Positions 56,787-64,000 of a stretch of DNA of 64,000 bases are shown piece by piece. Each line of letters begins with the position of its first letter. The first letter of the stretch is position 1. The translations under genes and the position numbers were made by a program. Below the pieces are notes generated by a model. It was given only the letters and a program-made list of their open reading frames with translations. It was not told the origin of the DNA and ran no database searches. Source of the DNA: Longimicrobiales bacterium (GTDB taxonomy: Bacteria > Gemmatimonadota > Gemmatimonadetes > Longimicrobiales > Gaopeijiaceae); contig OZ241869.1 in NCBI GenBank assembly GCA_965202805.1, forward strand, positions 3,264,001 through 3,328,000, given 5' to 3'.

Positions 56787-59630
56787 ATGGACCATCCGAT
56801 TCGCCTGAGGGGCGCGAGCCAGCACAACCTGGCGAACCTGGATCTGGACATCCCGCGGCGGACCTTCACGGTGATCACCGGGCCGTCGGGATCGGGGAAG
56901 TCCTCCCTGGCGCTGGACACGCTCTTCGCCGAGGGCCAGCGCCGTTACGTCGAGTCGCTCTCCACCTACGCCAAGCAGTTCCTCGACCGCATGCGCAAGC
57001 CGCGGGTCGAGTCGGTGGAGGGGATCCCGCCCGCCGTGGCGATCGAGCAGAAGAACCCGACCCGGTCCAGCCGCTCGACGGTGGGCACCGCGACCGAGGT
57101 CTACGACTACCTGCGGCTGCTGTGGGCGCGCGTCGGGCACACGCACTGCCCGCGCTGCAGCCGCCGGATCCGCCGGGACACGGTCTCCGGGGCGGTGGAC
57201 GGCGTGCTTTCGCTGCCGGACGGCGAGCGCATCATGGTGGCGTTTCCGCTCCAGGCCAGCGGGCGCGCCACGCACGCCCAGGTGGTTGAGACCCTCCGCG
57301 CCGCCGGCTTCCTGCGGGTCATGGCGGACGGCGCGGTGATCGACCTGGCCGCGTCGGGCTCGGGTGATCCCGCCCGCGCGGGCGCCGACCTGACGGTTGC
57401 GCGCGAAGCTCTGGTGGTCGTCGATCGGCTCTCGGTTCATCCCAACGTCCGCGACCGCCTGGCCGACTCCCTCGGCGTGGCCTTCGTCCAGGGCCTGGGC
57501 GAAGCCGTCATCGTGCGCCCGTCCGCGGCCCCCGGCGAAGCCCGCCTGCGCTTCACCGAGCGCTTCCGCTGCCCGCTCCATCCCGAGATCGAGTTCCCCG
57601 ACCCGACCCCGAAGCTCTTCTCCTTCAACAGCCCCTACGGCTCCTGCACCACCTGCACCGGCTTCGGCGCAACCCTCGAATACGACGAGGAGCTTATCGT
57701 GCCCAACGAGGGACGCTCGCTGGCGGGCGGCGCGGTGGACCCGTGGGAGAAACCGCGATATGTGCGCGAGCGCGCCCGGCTGCGAGAGTTCGCCCGCAAG
57801 CGCGGGGTGAGCGAGCATGAGCCCTGGAACGAGCTCCCCGGGTTCTTCCGCGAGGAGGTGCTGCGCGGCTCCCCCGACTTCATCGGCATCATCCCCTTCC
57901 TGCGCTCGCGCGAGCGGCAGCGCCGCAAGCAGTTCATCCGCGTCTTTCTGCGCCGCTACCAGAGCGCGGTTCCCTGCGCGAGCTGCGGCGGGGCCCGCAT
58001 CCGCGCCGAGGCCCTCAACGTGCGCGTGGGCGGCCGCACCCTCCCCGAGGTCTGCGCCTTCCCCATGGACGAGCTGCTGCCCTGGATCGACGGGCTGGAG
58101 CTCTCCGGAATGGAGGAGGACATCGCGGAAACCATCCTCAGGGAAATCCGGGACCGGCTCGGCTTTCTCGTGGATGTGGGGCTCGGGTACCTGACGCTCT
58201 CGCGCCAGACGCGCACCCTCTCGGGAGGGGAGGCGCAGCGCATCAACCTGGCCAACGCGCTCGGCTCGCGGCTGGTGGACACGCTGTACGTGCTGGACGA
58301 GCCCACCGTGGGGCTCCACCCGCGCGACACGGCGGCCATGCTGGCGCTGCTCCGCCGCCTCTCGCGCGCGGGAAACACGGTCGTGGTGGTCGAGCACGAC
58401 CCCCAGGTCATCGTCGCCGCCGACCACGTCATCGAGCTCGGTCCCGAGTCGGGCGAGAAGGGGGGGCGCCTGGTCTTCGAGGGTCCGCCCGCCGGGCTCG
58501 TGGACGCCGACACCGCCACCGGGCGCCTGATCGCCGGCTCGGCCGATCCCTCTCTCCCCCGCAGACGCGGCCCTCCGGGCGGCCGCATCGAATTGCGCGG
58601 AGCCCGCCTGCACAACCTGAGGGACGTCGACATCGATGTCCCGCTGCGCTCGCTCACCGTGGTGACCGGGGTGTCCGGCTCGGGAAAGTCCACGCTCGTC
58701 AACGACGTGCTCTACCGTGCCCTGGAGCGCGAGATGAACGACGGCGAAACCAGCGCCCGCCTGCACATGGGCGAGTTCGTCGGGGAATATCGCTCCATCG
58801 CCAACGCCTCCCACCTGGCCGGCGTGGCGCGCATCGACCAGTCGCCCATCGGGCGCACGCCGCGCTCGAACTCGGTGACCTACATCAAGGCGTGGGACGA
58901 GGTGCGCAAGCTCTTCGCCGCCCAGCCGCTCGCGCGCAAGAAGCGGTATCAGGCGCGCCACTTCTCGTTCAACGTGGCCGCCGGCCGCTGCGAAGCCTGC
59001 AAGGGCGCCGGCCAGGTCGAGATCGAGATGATCTTCATGGCGGACGTCTACGTGCCCTGCGACGTCTGCCGGGGCACCCGCTTCAAGCGCGAGATCCTGG
59101 ACGTGAAGTACAAGGGGCTCGACATCGCCCAGGTGCTGGAGCTCACCGTCGATCAGGCCATCCGCTTCTTCATCAGGCAGAGGCGCCTGGGGAAGATCCT
59201 CTGGCATCTGCAGGATGTCGGCCTCGGGTACCTCAGGCTCGGCCAGCCCGCCCCCACCCTCTCCGGGGGCGAAGCCCAGCGGCTCAAGATCGCCCGGGAG
59301 CTCTCGGGCGCGTCCGGGCGCCGGGGCAGCAAACTCTACATCCTGGACGAGCCCACCACCGGCCTTTCCGGCAACGAAGTGGCGAAGCTCCTGCGGGTGC
59401 TGATGCGCTTGATCGACGCCGGAAACACGGTCATTGTCATCGAACACAACCTGGATGTGATGCGCGCCGCGGACTGGATCATCGATCTGGGGCCCGGCGC
59501 CGGAGCCCGCGGAGGACGGGTGGTCGCCATGGGCCGCCCGCACGAGGTGATGGCCGAGCGCGCGAGCGTGACCGGAGCATGCCTCGCCCGCCTCCCGGAG
59601 CCGATCCTGCAACGGACGAGGCTGACGTGA
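56787..59630 (+). CDS. uvrA: Excinuclease ABC subunit A
   Basis: TGPSGSGKSSLA, EGQRRYVESLS, FSFNSPYG.C, two LSGGEAQR signatures, TGVSGSGKSTL and DQSPIGRTPRSN motifs. Confidence 0.97.
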   Translation: MDHPIRLRGASQHNLANLDLDIPRRTFTVITGPSGSGKSSLALDTLFAEGQRRYVESLSTYAKQFLDRMRKPRVESVEGIPPAVAIEQKNPTRSSRSTVGTATEVYDYLRLLWARVGHTHCPRCSRRIRRDTVSGAVDGVLSLPDGERIMVAFPLQASGRATHAQVVETLRAAGFLRVMADGAVIDLAASGSGDPARAGADLTVAREALVVVDRLSVHPNVRDRLADSLGVAFVQGLGEAVIVRPSAAPGEARLRFTERFRCPLHPEIEFPDPTPKLFSFNSPYGSCTTCTGFGATLEYDEELIVPNEGRSLAGGAVDPWEKPRYVRERARLREFARKRGVSEHEPWNELPGFFREEVLRGSPDFIGIIPFLRSRERQRRKQFIRVFLRRYQSAVPCASCGGARIRAEALNVRVGGRTLPEVCAFPMDELLPWIDGLELSGMEEDIAETILREIRDRLGFLVDVGLGYLTLSRQTRTLSGGEAQRINLANALGSRLVDTLYVLDEPTVGLHPRDTAAMLALLRRLSRAGNTVVVVEHDPQVIVAADHVIELGPESGEKGGRLVFEGPPAGLVDADTATGRLIAGSADPSLPRRRGPPGGRIELRGARLHNLRDVDIDVPLRSLTVVTGVSGSGKSTLVNDVLYRALEREMNDGETSARLHMGEFVGEYRSIANASHLAGVARIDQSPIGRTPRSNSVTYIKAWDEVRKLFAAQPLARKKRYQARHFSFNVAAGRCEACKGAGQVEIEMIFMADVYVPCDVCRGTRFKREILDVKYKGLDIAQVLELTVDQAIRFFIRQRRLGKILWHLQDVGLGYLRLGQPAPTLSGGEAQRLKIARELSGASGRRGSKLYILDEPTTGLSGNEVAKLLRVLMRLIDAGNTVIVIEHNLDVMRAADWIIDLGPGAGARGGRVVAMGRPHEVMAERASVTGACLARLPEPILQRTRLT

Positions 59631-61015
59631 ACACAAAGCGAATCGGCGCGCGGGCGCTCCCACCGTGCGGAGCCGCGGTCCTGGCATGCCTGGCGCTGGT
59701 CTGGGCCGCCTCGGCCGGGCCGGCGCACGGGCAGGCCTTCGAACTGCCCCCGATCCCCATCGACACCTTCTCGCTCGACAACGGACTGCGCGTGATCGTG
59801 AGCGAGGACCACTCGGCGCCGGTGGTGGCGGTCCACATGTGGTACCATGTCGGCAGCGCGCACGAGGTTCCGGGGAGGACCGGGTTCGCGCACTTCTTCG
59901 AGCACCTGGTTTTCGAGGAAACCGAGAACCTGGGCAACGGCGACTTCGCCCGGCTGGTCAACAACGCCGGCGGCACGTACAACGGCACCACCTCGACCGA
60001 CCGCACGGCATACTTCGAGACCCTCCCCTCCAACCGGGTCAACCTGTCCTTCTGGCTGCACGCGGAGCGCATGGCGCGCCTGGTGGTGAGCGAACGCGGC
60101 TTCGAGAACCAGCGCGAAGTGGTGAAGGAGGAGCGCCGCCTGCGCATCGACAACCAGCCGTACGCGCAGGCGAACATCGTCCTGGATTCGCTCTCCACCG
60201 ACTACGAGCCCTACCGGCATACGCCGATCGGTTCCATGGAGGATCTCGACGCGGCCACCACCGACGACGTGAAGGACTTCTACGAGCGCTACTACGTGCC
60301 CAACAACGCGACCCTGGCGGTGGTCGGTGCGGTGACCACCGACCAGATCCGCGCGCTGGCGGAGGAGTATTTCGGCGCGATTCCCCGGGGGGAGGACGTG
60401 CCGCCGCTTCCCGACCCGCCGGTCACGCCCCGCACCGACGGGGAACGCACGGCTTCGGTCAGCGACGAGCACGCGCAGCTGCCGTTCCTCTACATGGGGT
60501 ACAACGTACCCGAGGCCGGCCACCCGGACGTATTCCCGCTCGCGGTGCTTTCCCAGGTGTTCAGCGCGGGCGAGAGCAGCCGCCTGCACCGGCGCCTGGT
60601 CAAGGAGGACGAACTGGCTCCGGCCGTCATCTCGGGGCTGCAGCAGCGGCTGGGATCCGGGCTCATGCTGTTCGGAAGCCTGCCGCACGCCGGCGGCAAT
60701 ATCGAAGAGATCCGCGCCGTCATCGAGGAGGAGATCGAGAAGCTCAAGGCCGACGGCATCACCGAGCGCGAGCTGGAGAAGGCGCTCAACCAGCAGCGCG
60801 CCGCTCAGGTCGCGAGCCGCATGACGGTCAATGCCAAGGCGAACATCCTCCAGTCCTTCGCGCTCACCTGGGGCGATCCCTTCGAGGTCAACAACGTGCT
60901 CGCGCACTACGAGGCCGTGACCCTCGACGACGTCCTGAACGTCGCGCGCAAATACCTCGTTGCCGAGAATCGAACCGTGGTCGTCGCCCGGCCCACCGGA
61001 GGAGTGATCCCATGA
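59627..61015 (+). CDS. M16 (insulinase/pitrilysin) family zinc peptidase, catalytic subunit
   Basis: LDNGLRV, GFAHFFEH (HxxEH), VVKEERR and YYVPNNA motifs; signal peptide. Confidence 0.92.
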   Translation: MNTKRIGARALPPCGAAVLACLALVWAASAGPAHGQAFELPPIPIDTFSLDNGLRVIVSEDHSAPVVAVHMWYHVGSAHEVPGRTGFAHFFEHLVFEETENLGNGDFARLVNNAGGTYNGTTSTDRTAYFETLPSNRVNLSFWLHAERMARLVVSERGFENQREVVKEERRLRIDNQPYAQANIVLDSLSTDYEPYRHTPIGSMEDLDAATTDDVKDFYERYYVPNNATLAVVGAVTTDQIRALAEEYFGAIPRGEDVPPLPDPPVTPRTDGERTASVSDEHAQLPFLYMGYNVPEAGHPDVFPLAVLSQVFSAGESSRLHRRLVKEDELAPAVISGLQQRLGSGLMLFGSLPHAGGNIEEIRAVIEEEIEKLKADGITERELEKALNQQRAAQVASRMTVNAKANILQSFALTWGDPFEVNNVLAHYEAVTLDDVLNVARKYLVAENRTVVVARPTGGVIP

Positions 61016-63144
61016 ACGCACATCGCCTGAACGCGCGCCGCACGAGGTCCCGTGGGCGCCGGACGAGGCACCGTGTGCTGGTCCCGGCGCTCCTGATGCT
61101 GGCGAGCCCCGGAATCGCCGCCGCGCAGCAGGGTCCTCCCGAGCCCCTGCCGCTCGACGACATCCCGTTCCCGGCGTTCGAGGAGCGTCTGCTCTCCAAC
61201 GGCGCCGACCTGATCGTGGTGCCCCACGACGAGCAGCCGTACGTCACCGTGAACCTCGTGGTGCGGGCGGGCAACGCGGCCGATCCCCGCAACCGCGCGG
61301 GCGTGGCGGCGATGGTCGCCAGCCTGCTCAACAAGGGCACGGACACCCGGACGGCGCTGGAGATCGCCGACGCCACCGACCACATCGGCGCCAACCTCTC
61401 CGCGGGCGCGGGAGACGACTGGACGAACGTGGTTCTCGGCGTCGTGACCTCCCAGCTCGACGCCGGCCTCGAGCTCCTGGGCGACATCGTCGTCAACCCG
61501 AGCTTCCCCGATGAGGAGATGGACCTGTACCGCCAGCAGACGGTCACGGGCCTGCAGGTGCAGCTCGGCTCGCCCGGGTTCCTGGCCAGCCGCGAGTTCC
61601 AGCAGGCGGTGTATGGACGTCATCCCTACGGCCTGCTCCCGACGCCGGAGAGCATCGAGAGAATCCGGCGTTCCGACCTGATCGCCTTCCACCTGCGCCA
61701 CTACAAGCCCACCAACTCGCTCGTGGTGGTCGCGGGCGACGTGACCGTCGACGACATCGAAGCCCGCCTCAACGCGGCGCTGGCCGACTGGGAGCCCGGA
61801 CCCTCGCGGCCGCCCACCTATTTCGACATTCCCGCGCGCGAGGAAAAGGAGATCATTCTGGTGCACCGGCCGGAATCGGTGCAGTCGACCATCCTGGTCG
61901 GACAGTCCGCCATGAAGGGAGACCACGAGGACTGGATGCCGCTCAGCCTGGGCAGCCGCGTACTGGGCGGCTCCAGCACGGGCCGCCTCTTCCAGGTGCT
62001 GCGCGAGGACAAGGGCTGGACGTACGGATCCTACACGTCCGCCGTGCGCAAGCGGGATCTGGGCTACTTCCTCGCCAACGCCGAGGTGCGCAGCGAGGTC
62101 ACCGACAGCGCCCTCGCGGAGCTGCTCAACCAGGTCGACCTCATCCGATCCGAGCCGGTTCCCGACGAGGAGCTGTCGGATGTGCAGGACTTTCTCATCG
62201 GGTCGTTCCCGCGGACCATCGAGACGCCGCAGGCGATCGCCAACCAGGTCGCGACCTATCGGTTGCGGGGCCGCTCCACCGAGGAGCTGGAGGCGTACCG
62301 CGACCGGGTCGCCGCGGTCGTGCCCGAGGACATCCAGGGCGCTCTCGTGGAGCACTTCGACCCGGAGCGGGCCGTGGTCGTGGTGGTGGGCGACGCCACG
62401 CAGATCCGTTCGAACCTCACGCGCTTCGGCCGCGTGCGCATGGTCGACGCCGAGGGCAACCGGCTCACCATCGACGACGTGGAGGTAAGGGACTCCGACA
62501 TCGCCTACGACCCTTCGGTGCTCGAGCCCGGAATCTGGCGCTATCGATTGATGGTGCGGAATCGCCAGGTCGCGGACATGGAGCGGGTGCTGGGCTTCGC
62601 CACCCGCAACGACGAGCGCACCATGTCGCTCACCAGCACGGTGCGGGCCAACAACATCACACAGGTCTCGGAGGTGTTCTTCTCTCCGCGCAGCTTCCGG
62701 CCGGTCGCCAGCACCTTCCGGCTCGTCACCGCCGAGGGACAGGCGAACTGGGAGCTGGAGATGGATGGGGAGCGCGTCACCGGCCGCGCGACGGCGACCG
62801 GGCGGGACGCGAGCGAGATCGAGCGGGAAGTGGTGCGCGGGGCCTTGCTGGGCGAGATGGATGAGCTGGTGGCGTGGATCTCGGAGCTGGAGGAAGGGCT
62901 GGAACTGCGCTATCCGGTTGTCCAGCCCCAGAGCGGCCGGGCGCGCACGGTAACCCTGCGGGTCCGCGGCAACACGGAGATCACCGTCCCGGGGGGGACC
63001 TTCGACGTCATCGAGGTGAGCTTCAGCGGCGGGGAGGGCAACCAGCGGGCGTACTTTACGGCTGAGCGGCCCCATGTGCTGGTTCGCGCCGAGTCCACCG
63101 GATCCCCGGTCGTCCTGGAGCTCACCGAGATCCCCGGCGGGTAG
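61012..63144 (+). CDS. M16 family peptidase, non-catalytic partner subunit with C-terminal extension
   Basis: LSNG, HPYG and RLFQVLREDKGWTYG (R/Y pair); no HxxEH; about 200 extra C-terminal residues. Confidence 0.88.
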   Translation: MNAHRLNARRTRSRGRRTRHRVLVPALLMLASPGIAAAQQGPPEPLPLDDIPFPAFEERLLSNGADLIVVPHDEQPYVTVNLVVRAGNAADPRNRAGVAAMVASLLNKGTDTRTALEIADATDHIGANLSAGAGDDWTNVVLGVVTSQLDAGLELLGDIVVNPSFPDEEMDLYRQQTVTGLQVQLGSPGFLASREFQQAVYGRHPYGLLPTPESIERIRRSDLIAFHLRHYKPTNSLVVVAGDVTVDDIEARLNAALADWEPGPSRPPTYFDIPAREEKEIILVHRPESVQSTILVGQSAMKGDHEDWMPLSLGSRVLGGSSTGRLFQVLREDKGWTYGSYTSAVRKRDLGYFLANAEVRSEVTDSALAELLNQVDLIRSEPVPDEELSDVQDFLIGSFPRTIETPQAIANQVATYRLRGRSTEELEAYRDRVAAVVPEDIQGALVEHFDPERAVVVVVGDATQIRSNLTRFGRVRMVDAEGNRLTIDDVEVRDSDIAYDPSVLEPGIWRYRLMVRNRQVADMERVLGFATRNDERTMSLTSTVRANNITQVSEVFFSPRSFRPVASTFRLVTAEGQANWELEMDGERVTGRATATGRDASEIEREVVRGALLGEMDELVAWISELEEGLELRYPVVQPQSGRARTVTLRVRGNTEITVPGGTFDVIEVSFSGGEGNQRAYFTAERPHVLVRAESTGSPVVLELTEIPGG

Positions 63145-63386
63145 ACACCTCGACTCCGACCTCTTCCGCGGCGACGGCGACGCCAAGCCCCGTCCGCGTG
63201 CTGCAGGAACGCAGAATGCAACACCGCCCGGAGGGCCGCCCATGGCAGGCAACGCCGGTCTCCGCGGCGCCGGTTTCGAGGCGCCGCAAACGTAGCTCTG
63301 CCCTACGTTTTCTGTTAGTTTCAAGGGTTCCGCAGGACCGCCGAAACATCGGCCCCAACTGGTTTTCATCTCACGAGGAGAAGGGG

Positions 63387-63743
63387 ATGAGGAAAGCTCT
63401 CGCCATTCTCGCTCTCTCCGGAGTCCTGGCGGCGTGCGCCGGCGTGCAGCTGCCCCCCAAGGCGGGCCCGGAAGAAGTCGAAGTCATCGTTCCCGCGATG
63501 GGCCAGGCAGCCCGCGAAGGCTATCGGACGATCGGTCCGGTCACGGCCCGCGCCCCCCTGGGCACCTCGAACGAGGACATGCTGCTCCTGCTTCGGACCG
63601 AAGCCGCGGAGCTGGGCGCGGATGCGATCATCTTCGAGCGCATCGAAGACACCACGCGCAGCCAGGCGGCCGCCGACATCGGCCGCAACCAGGGACTCAT
63701 CGGCCACGCGCTCGCCATCTACTATCCGGCACCGGGCACCTGA
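63387..63743 (+). CDS. Hypothetical lipoprotein
   Basis: RBS-like GAGGAG upstream; lipobox LAAC; YRTIGPV...EAAELGADAII resembles YbjQ/DUF4156-like small lipoproteins. Confidence 0.7.
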   Translation: MRKALAILALSGVLAACAGVQLPPKAGPEEVEVIVPAMGQAAREGYRTIGPVTARAPLGTSNEDMLLLLRTEAAELGADAIIFERIEDTTRSQAAADIGRNQGLIGHALAIYYPAPGT

Positions 63744-63894
63744 GGCCCATCACGAGAAGTTCGTCCCGTCTTCGTCGCAGGTGAGGACGGTGGCGGCCGG
63801 TAGCGCGTCTCTGCTGTCCGGATCAGGAAGTCGGGCCCGGACACCGGTCTGTCCGTAGCTGCCCCCACGAGCGTAAACCCCACGAGGCATCTGC

Positions 63895-64000
63895 ATGGAT
63901 TCCGCCCCCGGAGAACGGATACTCGCGCGGCTGCTTGAAGACGAAATGCGGGAGTCGTTCATCGATTATTCGATGAGCGTCATCGTCCGCCGCGCGCTTC
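63895..64000 (+). CDS. gyrA: DNA gyrase subunit A, N-terminus (runs off right edge)
   Basis: MDSAPGERILARLLEDEMRESFIDYSMSVIVRRAL matches the GyrA EM..S(Y/F).DY.MSVIV.RAL start. Confidence 0.9.
   Translation, partial: MDSAPGERILARLLEDEMRESFIDYSMSVIVRRAL

Noticed and set aside
56670..59687. 1005-aa minus-strand ORF, plus other long antisense or alternate-frame ORFs (1107..3314, 17017..20388, 17999..20494, 29291..32332, 60907..63369)
   Set aside because: Shadows of real high-GC genes (uvrA, LVIVD, icmF, leuS, M16); no recognisable motifs and biased Arg/Gly/Ala/Pro composition.
63145..63386. Hairpins in the intergenic region as an ncRNA or riboswitch
   Set aside because: Only two short stems (GCGGCGCC/GGCGCCGC and AAACGTAG/CTACGTTT); no recognisable RNA family features. 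The second may be a simple terminator.

Overview
High-GC bacterial chromosome segment. The GyrA N-terminus and gene repertoire suggest Gemmatimonadota, possibly host- or sponge-associated (inference). Core genes are icmF, tkt, leuS, a complete hisGDCHABF(IE) operon, uvrA, an M16 peptidase pair and the start of gyrA. They are interspersed with secreted hydrolases (LVIVD proteins, M28 peptidase, serine hydrolase, VPS10/BNR protein, CocE/NonD) and accessory genes (two AAA-DUF4143 ATPases, HigBA, AbrB-PIN, an OLD-like ATPase, a CDKN3-like phosphatase). Two regions stand out. (1) 11.2-16.8 kb: a divergent six-gene lipid cluster (SPT-like PLP enzyme, acetoacetate-decarboxylase-fold protein lacking the usual Lys, DAG/sphingosine-type kinase; PlsC-type acyltransferase, Tam41-like nucleotidyltransferase, CDP-alcohol phosphotransferase) that looks like a phospho-sphingolipid pathway with non-canonical parts. 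(2) 45.9-56.9 kb: an island upstream of uvrA containing a dead duplicate of the uvrA promoter and first 33 codons, three pairs of the palindrome CTGCCATTTTGGCAG spaced 32 bp apart, and about 190-bp degenerate inverted repeats. The inverted repeats enclose three paralogous Ig + beta-propeller lipoprotein cassettes, a truncated SusC-like gene and an IS3 remnant. No rRNA, tRNA or CRISPR array was recognised. All product calls come from motif recognition by eye; no database search was run.
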